DNA of 64,000 nucleotides from Paraspadella gotoi (taxonomy: Eukaryota > Animalia > Chaetognatha): positions 17,235,381 to 17,299,380 of the forward strand of contig CM119270.1 in NCBI GenBank assembly GCA_051294375.1. The letters run 5' to 3'. The notes below the pieces were generated by a model. The model searched no databases and was not told where the DNA came from. It worked only from the letters and a program-made list of their open reading frames with translations. Below are positions 39,437-52,006 of this stretch, piece by piece. Both the position numbers and the translations under genes were made by a program. Within the stretch, counting starts at the first letter, position 1. The number at the start of each line of letters is the position of its first letter.

Positions 39437-40390
39437 CTCAGTTGGCTTTCCCATGACGCCTCTACCTAAACTATTTTTTCGCTCCACATTTGCTTTAGCT
39501 AAAGCGGAGCCATTTTGAAATTTTGGTTTTTAAAAGAGACTTCTTCCTTATTTAACTTTTAGATAATGAGGACAATAAAATTACCTTAATCTTAAGCCGA
39601 TGACAACTTGATGATTTAACCTAATGAAAATAATGATTATGATCATAATGATGATGAATATACGAGGATCTTGATCGAAAAGTTGCTATACATAACTTTT
39701 TCGCAATATCATGCCTCGCCTCCTTTGCCAATTTAACTAATTTAACCAATTTAACTAAACAAACTAACAAAATATATCTCTCTGACTTCCTCAAAAAAGA
39801 CAAAAAAAAAGAAACAAATCCAAAACTACCAAGGAAACAAAGACAAACAAAAAAACAAAATAAAACGGAAAAGTCAAAAGTCAAAACTGCGACGACGAAT
39901 CATTCAGTTTTATTTGAACATTGGTTTTCATGTTATGAAGGGAATCAACAGGGGGGGGGAGAAAATTAATGTATAGACTCAGTGAATAAACTTTGAACAT
40001 GGAGATTGAAGGTAACGAGAAATACAACAAATCACTTTTTTTTTATCTATTTTATTTCTTTAGGTTTTTTAGAAACGATTTATGTATAATTTGCGTTTTA
40101 TTAAGTCTTTGAGATATGAATTTTTCTGTTTGCTTTGTTGAATAGTATGAATACTTTTTTTGGTATATTTATTGTATTCTTTCAATTTTTTTTTTACTAT
40201 ATCCTAATAAACAAAAAGAAAAAGCGACATTTAATATTGTTTGAACGTTTAGTCGTTTGACGTATAGTGTCAGTTAATATTTGTTTATCTACTAACACAT
40301 AGATTGTTATTAAATTTTGTTTGCATGATATTACGAGAATTAAATTAAGAAGTTAAAAATCATCAATTTTACTTTTTGCCGAAAAAATTT
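39435..40390. repeat. Direct duplicate of about 38490-39405
   Basis: Both blocks begin gctcagttggctttcc after an (AG)n run and end tttgccgaaaaa(a)tttt. They differ by small indels. Confidence 0.9.
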
Positions 40391-41395
40391 TATTTCCCTT
40401 TTCCTCCTTCTTTCTCCCCTTAAATTTTGTACGCAATATTAAATATTTGTCTAAATCACAGCCGAGTAAGGAATGATATTTATGAATATTAGAAATAATC
40501 TAAATACAATATTCTATATTTTAATACTTTACCGACCCAGATATTTATAAAAAAAAAGTAGTATTAGTTGGCGCCGTTCGATGAATTGAAAACATTTCCC
40601 AAAACCTTCACCCCTTTTTTTTTCGCCGTTTTCAAGGTAACCAAGAAAAAAATAAGCAAACATCGTTTACTCCTTCAGTTTATTTAAATAAAAAAAAAGA
40701 AAAAAAAGGAGAAAATAGTGAGAGAGAGAGAGAGAGAGAGAGAAAGAGTGTGTAACTCGTCCGCATGCAAAAGACCTTCATGCCGGGATCGATAGTGTAA
40801 GGGGAGAGAGAGAGAGAGTCTACCTCCCTCCCTCTCTCTCTCTTCCCTTCTCTCTCTTCTCTCTCTTTTCTTCTCTCTCTCGTCCGCCCTCTCTCTCTCT
40901 CTCTCTCTCTTCATCTCTCGTACTTTCTCTCGGGTCCTCCCCTCTCTCTCTCTCTCTCTAACTCTCTCCCTTTCATATCTCCTCGCTTCCCCTCATCCTC
41001 GTCAAAACCGACTTCTCGCGCACTCACCCTAACTCACCCCACACAGCCCCCCTCCCCCTCTCTCCCCCTTCTACCCCCCCAAAATGAAAAACTGTTACGC
41101 ATCCTTTCGTGCAACGACCGACGACGATTCCTGTTTCCCTCACCCAACCCCATCTCTCTCTCCCCCCCCTCGCCCCTCCCGCTGCTCACTCCCGCAAGAT
41201 TTGTTAAAGGCCACACCTAGCCGGGACCGCTGCCACTCATCTCCCACCTCTTCGTCTCTNNNNNNNNNNNNNNNNNNNNNNNNNCAAAAGAAACCATTCA
41301 AGTATTTGGCTCTCTTTGCCGAGAGTGCCCCATTTCTGTTCTAGCATGTAACCCTAAACCCTAATCACTAACCCAAATCCCTAACAAGAGCGAGA

Positions 41396-44300
41396 TAATT
41401 GTACTTCTCGGGTTCCTGACTAAATCTACAAATAGTACCCGTGGTTCCTTGACTAAAATCACAAATTAGTACCTCGTGGTTCCTTGACTAATCACAAAAT
41501 TAGTACCCGTGTTCTTGACTTAAATCACAAATTAGTACCCACGTGGTTCTTGACTAAATCACAAATTAGTACCTCGTGGTTCCTTGACTAAATCCAAATT
41601 TACCATGTTTGCATCTTGAGCCCTAATGGAGCGGGCAAAAACGTGAAATAGTTTGATAAAGGTATTGAACACTTGTTTTCACATTTGTTAAACGTTGAAG
41701 TCTAATCACGGAATTTCTATCACGACACCTAAGTGATGAGTTTGCTGTTTTCTATCACCGAAACAAGTGATGAGCTTCTGTTTTCTATCACGGAAACAAG
41801 TGATGAGCCTTCTGTTTCTTCTCTCTCTTTTTCTCTTTAACTTGGTCCTATTTCTTCTTCTCTCCTTCTCTTTCCTCCTCCCTTCCTCTCTCTCTCTCTC
41901 CTCTCTGCCTCCGTCTCCCTCTTTCTCTCTCTTTTCCTCTACTTGTCTCGTCTTCTTCTCTCCTTCTCTTCCTCCCTCCCCTACCCTCCCTCTCATCTCT
42001 TACCTCTCTGCCTCTCCCGTCTTCCTCTTCTCCCTCTCCTCCTCTCTCTCTCTCTCTCTTCCTGCTCCATCTCTTTTCTTTCCCTCCCCCAGGGAATCCC
42101 GTCCTCCCGTCTTATCTCTCTCTCTTCAACTGACTCGCATCTTTTATGACCCATTATATCTGTTTTCTCCTCCTCCTAATATTCTTTCTTCCTTCTCTCT
42201 CTCTCTCTCTCATCTCTCATCTCTCTCTTCTTCTCTCTCTCTCTCTCTCTCTTGGGTAATGAGTTTGAAAAAAACAGGAAACGGATGAGAGGAGTTATTT
42301 GCTTTTCCGCTGTTCTGTCTTTTTTCTTTTTCTTCTTTCTTTTCTTTCTTTCTTTCTTCTTTCTTCTTTCTTTAAGTCTTTCCTTTCTTTCTTTCTCTCG
42401 TTGTTTTTTCATTATTTCTTTTATATCTTTTTTTCCATTCATAACTTTCTTACATCTTTATAATACTACATACATTTTTCATTCTTAATTTTTTTCAATT
42501 AAGAATATTATAATATATATATATAATATATATATGTGTTAAATAATAACTTAACCCAAAGAGACAGACAGACAAGACTGAGAGACGGAACAATCGACCA
42601 GACGCTAATTGATCGAGAGAAAAAAAAAGTAGTGAGAGAGAGACAGAGTGATTATGCTACAAAATAAGAAAAAAGGGGAGAGAAAAAAGATAAGAGGGCT
42701 GTCGAAGACTTTAAGTTTAATTAAAACTATGTATTTTTTTTTTTTTTACCTCACCCACACTAACTCGTACTTACCCACACTAACCCACCCATCTCCCACC
42801 TGCCGATCCCACCATCCACACCCCCCACCACACGCGTCCAAACGCAGGCCCGCAATCACGGAAAACCTCTCTCCATCCGGATCGGACTCCACACGCGGCC
42901 AGCGTTCGCTGGAGTGATATCGGCCTGCAGATTGCCGGGTGCAGGCTTGGAGAGGGCGAGGTCAGGAGGAAGCTCGTAACAGAATGTAGAGGTTATGATA
43001 GGAAGAAAGAAAAGCTTTGTAATTAAAGGGGTTGAAAACTGAAAAGGAAAGCTTGTAGATGCAGAAGAGGTTGAGCGATGAAGGGTTATACAGAAAGAAA
43101 GCTTGTCTATATATGTATATTTGCGGGGTAAAAAGTTGAATTCTTTTAACTGTTTTTGAGCTAGGCAAATATTTCGGTGTTTGACAGCGGGAATATCTGC
43201 ATATCTAACCCTCATCTTTCACCCGAACTCACAATATTCACGCATTTACTTTCCCCCCCCACCTCCCCCTCACATTCCCAGATACTGCCTCTTCCGGCAA
43301 TCACCGTGACCTGGCCCACAAATCGAGCTGCACTCGAGTCCAGATCCGAGTGAATACGTGAAGTCCAACGACTCACGAGAATGCTCCTCTCGCCGCAGGA
43401 AGGGTTTAGTTTTGGAAGACGAGAGAGAACAGGACACCCTGCCTCCGAGCTTTCGCAAAAGGACAGCATACCCGGTAAGGGAAATGTTTTTTTTGTTCAA
43501 AGGGATTAAGCCACGTTGTGTGTAGCTTTCTCAGGACATACTCCGTAAGGGAAATCGTTTTTTGGTCAAGGGATTAAGCACAGTTGAGGGTAGCTTCTCA
43601 AGAAACATACCGGTAGGGAAAATGGTTTTTTTGGTTAAGAGGATTGAAGCATGTTGAGTGTAGCTTTCTCAAGGACATTACCCAGGTAGGAAATGGTTTT
43701 TTGATCAAGGGATTAAGAGCAAGTGTTGAGTGTAGCTTTCTCAAAAGGACATACCCGGTAGGAAAATGTTTTTTTGGTCAAGGGATTAAGCTATGTTGAG
43801 TGTAGCTTTCTCAAGGACATACCCGGTATGGAAAAATTGTTTTTGGTCAAGGGATTAAGCATGTTTGACTGTAGCTTTCTCAAGACATACCAAATAAGGG
43901 AAATGTTTTTGTCAAGGGCTAAGTATGGTTTGCCTGAGCTTTTCAACGGGACTTAGCAGGGTTCAATTGGTTATTGGGTAAAGAAGCAAGGATGCGTTTT
44001 GGTAGAGGTACGTGTTTGGATCCTCTTCCCCAGCTTTTTCGCAAGTCATACAACCTGGTCGGTGGTTGAAACGAGAGTAAGTGAGGTCTATTTGGCTATT
44101 TTTGGCTTTCCCCCACAAGGACATGGTTAAGAGGGTATCGAATATGGAGAAAGTGTTTCGGAGCGGTTTAACCCTCGCCCCCCCCATATGGCTTTTCTAA
44201 CAGGGGTTCAAGCCAGCAGGGAATAATCTCGAGCGGTTCTTTTCCACTCTCTTCCATGCCTTCCATGCCTCCCCATGGTCTCAACGGCCAGCACGTGCTA

Positions 44301-44853
44301 CTTTCCTGCAACGGCTACCGTCACCCTTCCTGGAAACGGAGGCAGGCCTCCGAAGACGACCACAATGCTCTTCGGCCATGAAGCATTAAAGCTGCTCGCG
44401 GAAAAGCCCTCAAGACGCTCTGGCGCCATTGAGCCCCAAACAAGCGGCCTTCGACGTCCCGAGTCTTCTTGCCGTCCGAGGCGGCGGCCCGCGGCGGCGG
44501 CGGCGGGCGGCGGGATCGGCGCCGAAGCGGCAGGCGAAACGTGCTTGCTGGAATACCCTCATCACCGCCGACTGACGACGGACGACGACGACGACGATTC
44601 GGGCGACGATTGATTGGGAGTATTTTTTTTTTTTCCTTTTTATTTTTGACGAATTCCTTTTAAATTTTCTTCTTTTTTTTTTTTCGTAAAAAATGAGCCG
44701 TAAAATATTAAGGGCCACTTTATTTTAACGGAACGCACCATTTCGGGTCTTTAAATATGAATTGGGTAATATTATTTTAATTTAAAATTAACAGAGGTTA
44801 CATAACTTAGGATTAAAGATTAAGTTTATGGATTAAAGGTACGAGATTAAGGA
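41396..44853 (+). pseudogene. Error-rich inverted mirror copy of the 3' end of the guanylate cyclase gene (probable assembly artefact)
   Basis: Reverse complement of 44879 to about 48290, including introns. Frameshifted copies of the IRIGLHTG (~42850-42940), YCLFGN (~43280-43475) and TCYF (~44288-44575) exons. Centred on a 25-N gap. Confidence 0.8.
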
Positions 44854-45252
44854 NNNNNNNNNNNNNNNNNNNNNNNNNTAATCTCTAACCTAATCCATAA
44901 CCTAATCTTTAATCCTAAGTTGTAACCTAATTTTAAATTAAAAATATTAACCCAATTCCATANNNNNNNNNNNNNNNNNNNNNNNNNNNNNNNNNNNNNN
45001 NNNNNNNNNNNNNNNNNNNNNNNNNNNNNNNNNNNNNNNNNNNNNNNNNNNNNNNNNNNNNNNNNNNNNNNNNNNNNNNNNNNNNNNNNNNNNNNNNNNN
45101 NNNNNNNNNNNNNNNNNNNNNNNNNNNNNNNNNNNNNNNNNNNNNNNNNNNNNNNNNNNNNNNNNNNNNNNNNNNNNNNNNNNNNNNNNNNNNNNNNNNN
45201 NNNNNNNNNNNNNNNNNNNNNNNNNNNNNNNNNNNNNNNNNNNNNNNNNNNN

Positions 45253-45467
45253 CGCCGATCCCGCCGCCGCCGCCGCCGCCGCGGCCGCCGCCTCGGACGG
45301 CAAGAAGATCGGGACGTCGACGGGCTGTTTGGGGCTCATGGGCAGAGCGTCCTTGAGGCTTCCGCGAGTCTTTAACTGCTTCATGGCGAAGAGCATGTGG
45401 TCGTCTTCGGAGGCCTCCTCCGTTTCCAGGAAAGGGTGACGGTAGCCGTTGAGGAAGTAGCACGTGC
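45253..45467 (-). CDS. GUCY1A: Soluble guanylate cyclase alpha subunit, terminal exon (runs into an N gap)
   Basis: ctcccag acceptor, phase 1. GTCYFLNGYRHPFLETEEASEDDHMLFAMKQLK...AAAAAAAAAGSA completes the alpha-type IPGxCxFL motif. Confidence 0.85.
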
Positions 45468-45775
45468 CTGGGAGACATGGGGAGGCATGGAAGGCATGGA
45501 AGAGAGTGGAAAAGAACCGCTCGAGATTATCCTGCTGGCTTGTAACCCTGTAGAAAGCTAGGGGGGGGAGGTTAAACCGCTCCGAAACACTTTCTCCATA
45601 TTCGATACCCTCTTAAGCAATGTCCTTGGGGAAAGCAAATAGCCAAATAGCTCACTTACTCTCGTTCTCAACCACCGACCAGGTATGACTTTCGGAAAGC
45701 TGGGGAGGATCCAACACGTTACTCTAACCAAAACAGCATCCTTGCTTCTTTACCCATTAACCAATTGAACCCTGC

Positions 45776-46321
45776 TAAGTCCTTGGAAAAGCTACAGGCA
45801 ACATGCTTAAGCCCTTGACCAAAAACATTTCCCTTATTTGTATGTCCTTGAGAAAGCTACACTCAACATGCTTAATCCCTTGACCAAAAAACATTTTCCT
45901 ACCGGGTATGTCCTTGAGAAAGCTACACTCAACATGCTTAATCCCTTAACCAAAAAACATTTTCCTACCGGGTATGTCCTTGAGAAAGCTACACTCAACA
46001 TGCTTAATCCCTTAACCAAAAAACATTTTCCTACCGGGTATGTCCTTGAGAAAGCTACACTCAACATGCTTAATCCCTTAACCAAAAAACATTTTCCTAC
46101 CGGGTATGTCCTTGAGAAAGCTACACTCAACATGCTTAATCCCTTAACCAAAAAACCATTTCCCTACCGGGTATGTTCTTGAGAAAGCTACCCTCAACGT
46201 GCTTAATCCCTTGACCAAAAAACATTTCCCTACCGGGTATGTCCTTGAGAAAGCTACACACAACGTGCTTAATCCCTTGACCAAAAAACATTTCCCTACC
46301 GGGTATGTCCTTTGGAAAGCT
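45776..46321. repeat. 66-bp minisatellite (about 8 units) overlapping an exon end and 5' splice site
   Basis: Minus-strand unit agctttctcaaggacatacccg|gtaggaaaatgttttttggttaagggattaagcatgttgagtgt. Donor-equivalent positions at 46300, 46234, 46168, 46101, 46035, 45969 and 45903. Confidence 0.95.
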
Positions 46322-46475
46322 CGGAGGCAGGGTGCTCCTGTCTCTCTCGTCAAAACTAAACCCTCCTGCGGCGACGAGCATCTCGTGAGTCGTTGGACTC
46401 ACGTTCACTCGATCTGGACTCGAGTGAGACTCGAATTTGTTGGCCAGAGTCACGTGATTGCCGAAGAGGCAGTAT
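46300..46475 (-). CDS. GUCY1A: sGC alpha exon, cyclase domain
   Basis: ctcag acceptor and G|gtaggg donor. (R)[58 protein letters not shown](G); VTLANKFES is alpha-type. Confidence 0.95.
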
Positions 46476-46802
46476 CTGAGAATGTGAGGGGGAGGTGGGG
46501 GGGGGAAAGTAAATGCGTGAATATGTGGTTCGGGGTGAAAGATGAGGGTTAGATATGCAGATATTCCGGTCAACACCGAAATATTTGCCTATCTCAAAAA
46601 CAGTTAAAGAATTCAACTTTTACCCCGCAAATATACATATATAGACAAGCTTTCTTCTTTAACCCTTCATCGCATCAACCTCTTCTGCATCTACAAGCTT
46701 TCCTTTTCAGTTTTCACCCCTTAATTACAAGCTTTCCTTCCTATCTAACCATCTACATTCTACGAGCTTTCCTCCCTACCTCGCCCTCTCCAAGCTGCTT
46801 AC

Positions 46803-46885
46803 CTCGGCATCTGCAGGCCGATCACTCCAGCGAGAACGCTGCCGGTGTGGAGTCCGATCCGGATGGAGAGAGGTTTTCCGTCGGG
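46803..46885 (-). CDS. GUCY1A: sGC alpha exon, cyclase domain
   Basis: acgcag acceptor and AG|gtaagc donor. [27 protein letters not shown](R) is the class III cyclase RIGLHxG signature. Confidence 0.93.
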
Positions 46886-47307
46886 CTGCGTTTGGACGCG
46901 GGTGGCTGGGGGGTGGATGGTGGGTCGGTCAGGGTGGGAGATGGGTGGGTTAGTGTGGGTAAGTACGAGTTAGTGTGGGTGAGGTAAAAAATACATAGTT
47001 AAAACGTAAAGGTCGACAGCCTCTTATCTTTTTTCTCTCCTTTCATTTCTTATTTTGAGCGATAATAACTCTGTCTCTCTCTCACTACTTTTTTTTTCTC
47101 TCGATCAAATTAGCGTCTGGTCGATTGTCCGTCTCTCAGTCTTGTCTGTCTGTCTCTTTGGGGTTATTAACACATATTATATATATATATATATATTATA
47201 TCTTAATGAAAAAAATTAAGAATGAAAAAAATGTTGTAGTATATAAAGGATGTAAGGAAAGTATGAATGGAAAAAAAGATATAAAGAAATAAATGAAAAA
47301 ACAAGAG

Positions 47308-47374
<67 letters not shown>

Positions 47375-47442
47375 AAAAAAGACAGACAGACGGAAAGAAA
47401 TAACTCCTCTCATCCGTTTCCTGTTTTTTCAACAGCTCATTA

Positions 47443-47494
<52 letters not shown>

Positions 47495-47863
47495 GAAGAA
47501 TATTAGGAGGAGGAGAAACAGAATATAATGGGTCATAAAAGATGGAGTCAGTGAAGACGAGAGAGATAAGACGGGAGGACGGGATTCCCTGGGGAGGGAA
47601 AGAAGAGAGGGAGAGGAAGAGAGAGAGAAGAGGAGAGGAGGAGAGGGAGAAAGAGGAAGACGGAGAGGCAGAGAGGTAGAGAGAGAGAGGGAGGGAAGGG
47701 AGGGAGGAAGAGAAGGAGAGAAGAAGACAGAGACAAAGTAAGAGAAAAGAAGAGAGAAAGAGGGAGACGGAGAGGCAGAGAGGTAGAGAGAGAGAGAGGG
47801 AAGGGAGGGAGGAAGAGAAGGAGAGAAGAAGAAATAGACAAAGTAAGAGAAAAGAAGAGAGAA

Positions 47864-47959
47864 AGAAAACAGAAGCTCATCACTTGTTTCGTGATAGAAA
47901 ACAGAAGCTCATCACTTGTTTCGTGATAGAAAACAGAAACTCATCACTTGTTTCGTGAT
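47864..47959. repeat. 32-bp tandem repeat, 3 copies
   Basis: agaaaacagaagctcatcacttgtttcgtgat at 47864, 47896 and 47928. Confidence 0.9.
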
Positions 47960-48070
47960 AGAAATTCGTGATTAGACTTCAACGTTTAACAAATGTGAAA
48001 ACAAGTGTTCAATACCTTTATCAACTATTTCACGTTTTTGCCCTCATTAGGCTCAAATGCAAACATGGTA

Positions 48071-48410
48071 AATTTGAGATTTAGTCAAGGAACCACGAGG
48101 TACTAATTTGTGATTTAGTCAAGGAACCACGAGGTACTAATTTGTGATTTAGTCAAGGAACCACGAGGTACTAATTTGTGATTTAGTCAAGGAACCACGA
48201 GGTACTAATTTGTGATTTAGTCAAGGAACCACGAGGTACTAATTTGTGATTTAGTCAAGGAACCACGAGGTACTAATTTGTGATTTAGTCAAGGAACCAC
48301 GAGGTACTAATTTGTGATTTAGTCAAGGAACCACGAGGTACTAATTTGTGATTTAGTCAAGGAACCACGAGGTACTAATTTGTGATTTAGTCAAGGAACC
48401 ACGAGGTACT
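48071..48410. repeat. 34-bp minisatellite, 10 copies
   Basis: aatttgtgatttagtcaaggaaccacgaggtact head-to-tail, essentially identical, no spacers. Confidence 0.95.
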
Positions 48411-48528
48411 AAAGAACAAAGAATGAAAAAAGTTATGAACAACTTGAGAACGAACGAAGGATTTATGAACGACTAACGAAGGCGACAGCGAAAGGTGAGG
48501 TGAGGTGAGGCAGGGGAACTCGTTTCAC

Positions 48529-48554
48529 TCTGACCCGAGCGGCGACCTTGGAGT
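48529..48554 (-). CDS. GUCY1A: Tentative 26-nt micro-exon of sGC alpha
   Basis: Follows a long pyrimidine tract: ctcaag|ACTCCAAGGTCGCCGCTCGGGTCAGA|gtgaaa. It keeps frame between the 50752 donor and the 46885 acceptor (LKMVS-DSKVAARVR-PDGKP). Splice sites are weak. Confidence 0.3.
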
Positions 48555-48571
48555 CTTGAGCGCTCGAGCGA

Positions 48572-48960
48572 AAAGGAGAGGAAAGGAAAGGAAAGGAGAC
48601 GAAAGGAGAGGAAAAGAAAAGAAAGGAGAGGGAAGAAGAGGAAAAGAAAGGAAAGGAAAAGAGAGGAAAAGAAAGGAGAGAAAACGAAACGAAATGAGAG
48701 GAAAGGAAAAGAAAGGGTTTAGAGGAAAGGAAAGGAAAGGGGAGGAAAGGAAAGGAAAGGAAAGGAAAGGAAAGGAAAGGAAAGGAAATGAATGGAAATG
48801 AAAGGAAAGGAAAGAAAAGGAAAGGAAAGGTAAAGAGAGGAGAGGATAGGTAAGGAAAGGAAATGAATTGGAACGAAAGAAAAGGAAAGGAAAGGAGAGA
48901 AAAGTAAAGGAGAGGAAAGGATAGAAAAGGAAGAAAAGAAAGAGGAAAAAAAGGAGCGAT
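48572..48960. repeat. Degenerate (GGAAA)n purine-rich repeat
   Basis: Runs of ggaaa/gagag pentamers. Confidence 0.85.
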
Positions 48961-50159
48961 AAAAAGAAAATAGAGGAAAGGAGAGAGAAGGAGCGAAAAG
49001 AATCATAAAAACAAAAGACTAACGAATGAAAGAAAAAAAAAAGAACAAACCGGAAGCGATTAGTAGGTACAATAAAGACTAGTAAAGGAGTTGAAAAAAG
49101 AAACAAAGAAAAAAAAGCAAAACAAAAGAAAGAAAAAAACAAAACAAAAGAAAGAAAAAACAAAAGGAGCGCTCGACCGGAAACGCTTCTCGCAAAACAG
49201 ACGCGAGCAAAATACAGGCGCCAGGTTTTTTTTTAAAGCTAAAACAGGCGAGGATATTTATAACAAAGGATTTGCCCCTTGTTACCAGAAGTAAGTAGTT
49301 TGTTGAAGTTGTTAAATTGGAATGGTTGGAGTTGGGTGATGGTGAGTGTTCCGATAAGACGATGTTGTTGGTGAGGTTGTTACGACTCCAGTCGCGCAGT
49401 TAAAACCAGACGCGCGCTTAGGTGAGCTTGTCATAATATACTGTACATTGAGTGGGTGGTCCGATTATTCTCATCGCTGTTGTGATCATAACGGCGAGGA
49501 TGATGTTGCTGTTGTAGTTGAATATATGTATTTGGTAACCAAGGACTATACTTTATATCGGAAAATTTATATAAATGGTCCAAAAAGGAGGAGATGAACT
49601 GGACCTAAACTTGAACGCGACCCCGAATCCCCATGAGGAGGATGAGGAGGAAGGAGAAAAAGAGATTCTGGTTGGGCCTTCCGAGAATTACATAAAACCG
49701 TGTTTTGATGTTGTTCGCGACTCGCGATGTTGTTTATGACCTCTGGTGTTGGTGTGACTTGTGATGTTGTTTATGATACGTGAAGTTTCTCCATTGGAGA
49801 TAATCGAGGCGCCAGGGCGGGATGGCCAAAGAGGGGGAGGCGGGGGGTAGGGAGGAGGAGGGAGAGTGGAGTAGGAGAAGAAGAAGGAGGGGGCAGGATA
49901 GAAGGAAAGTATTCTGCACGTTGGAGCTGACTTGGGATAAGTTTGAGATGGGATGGGCTCGAAAGAGAATTTGTTAGAGATGGGAAGGAATGAAACAGAA
50001 CGAACTGAAGCAGACAGCAGTGAAACATAGTAGCAGAGAAACAGAAACAACTGAAGCAGACAGCAGTGAAACAGAGAAGCAGTGAAACAGAACGCTGTGC
50101 GATGAAAGGTGATGGGGCGCGTCTGTGCCAAGAAGCCATCACGTGCGTTGGCGAGAATA

Positions 50160-50308
<149 letters not shown>

Positions 50309-50751
50309 TAGCTAATAAAGCCGCGCCGGTGTAACAAACCGGAAATGAAATACGAGCCGCGTTGTCGGGAACAGCGTCACTAACGTCGTTATATCCCGAG
50401 TGGCGGACATCGTTTTTAACCGAGTTAATCTCGTTACTATTTCATTAGCGAAATCGTCGCGCTGCGGTTAATGGAATCTTTTATTGTTTCATTATTACGT
50501 CGGACATTGTTGGAAACGATCAAACGATCGACGTTGAAGTTATAAATATTTTCAATGCTCGTAAATAGTTTTTGAAGCATTAGCTCGCTAACCCACGCTC
50601 GCTTCCCAACACTCCCTCTTGGGAGCCGGATATCGACCATCGGTTCGGTAATCAAATTGGGTCTTTTTTTTTTTCGTTCGGAGGACAAACTCCCTAAAAA
50701 TGTCCGCAGATGTCAGCACGCGTCCGATAGATTTTCTTCATCCTCGTTCAC

Positions 50752-50850
50752 CTGAAACCATCTTCAACGCGAGCCAGGCGATCTGTTGCGCGTGGCTGTT
50801 GATCTTTCGATGCAGTCCACCCGCGACGCAGTAAGCGTCACCGATCGTCT
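50752..50850 (-). CDS. GUCY1A: sGC alpha exon, cyclase domain (3' boundary 50752 or 50759)
   Basis: ctcgcag acceptor. (E)[30 protein letters not shown] closely matches alpha-subunit [14 protein letters not shown] and contains the second metal-binding Asp. Confidence 0.93.
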
Positions 50851-52006
50851 CTGCGAGAATGTGGGGGGTGTTGAGGGGCGGGGAGGGGGTGTTGAGGGGC
50901 GTGAGGGAGTCATGGGAAAGGGAAAGATTGGAAGTTTTAGTGAGCCACGTCACAAGGAATTACTTCGATTTATTTTATATTATCTACTTAAAAAAAGACA
51001 ACCGAGTTTCGGTTGAAAGTGATATTTGTGAGGAAAAGGTTCCGAAGGTTCCGAAGGTTCCGAAGGCCCTTTGAAGCTGTATTAACCTCCCGTCGATGGT
51101 ATCACATCCGTGACCAAATTGTCACGCTCTTCCCTTCTCCAATCTTCATCCCACATTCGATAAAAAAAAAAATGTTTGGTCATAAACAAAAATCTTTCCT
51201 CCGCAAATTTTTTTATGTTTTATTGCTATTTCGTGTTACGATATTTTACGAGATTTTTTACGGGTCGAATTTATTTTTCGGGGGACAGAATCTCTGTCCT
51301 CATCGAGCGGGCGGGCGCGGGGGGGAGGGTTGAGCCGATGGGGGAGGACGTGAGAACCGGTCCGTCGGCGGAGGCAGCGGAATATGGGGGGAGGTGGAGG
51401 GGGAATGGTAAGGGTAGTGTAGGAGAAGGAAAGTGGAAAGACCGAGGGACGAAAAAAAAAGAAAAACAGAAAAACAAACTAGCGGTTTCTATTTTCAATT
51501 TTTTTTTCTTTCCTGTTTTTTTCTCTTTCTGCCGTTACACCGGATTTTTATCCATTTTATTCATATTTGGATTTCAGCTTATGTAAATGTTATTTTTTTT
51601 CTTCTTCTCATTTCCCTTTTTTTTCTTTCCTCCCGGATATTTTTCAATTTTCTTTTTTGCTCCCTTTCCATTTCTTCCCTCTACCTACATCAGTATTCTT
51701 TAACATTCTCTCTCATTCTTCCCAAAACCCTCAAAACTTCCTAAACATTTTTTTTCGTCTTTTTACTCCACAATATATTTTCCCCCCCTTTTGTCCATCT
51801 TAGTTTCTCTCTTCTTCTCTTCTCTTCCTCCTTTTCCATTAATTTTTTAAACTGACTTATTTCTGATTTTTTATTCTTTCTCCGACATTTCTTTTCTTAT
51901 TCTCTTTTACTCTCTCTTTAGACGTCTTTCTCCTCCATTCCCTTTCACCCCATCCCCTCCCCTCATCCGCTCCCCTCATCCGCTTCTCCTCCTCCCTTCC
52001 CCTCAC

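Noticed and set aside
42848-44613. Second, tail-to-tail guanylate cyclase gene
   Set aside because: Mirror of the real gene including introns, differing mainly by random 1-nt indels and centred on a gap. Best explained as an assembly artefact.
44790-44930. Telomere-like TTAGG/TAACC motifs (also near 41349-41385)
   Set aside because: Short, highly degenerate and interstitial; not a telomeric array.
48071-48410. 34-bp repeats as a CRISPR array
   Set aside because: Units are head-to-tail with no unique spacers, there are no cas genes, and the context is a eukaryotic intron.
49780-49830. Candidate missing cyclase exon (LSPMEKLH / SNGET followed by gtatca)
   Set aside because: No AG acceptor, and the PxGxP segment it would encode is already supplied by the exon at 46885.
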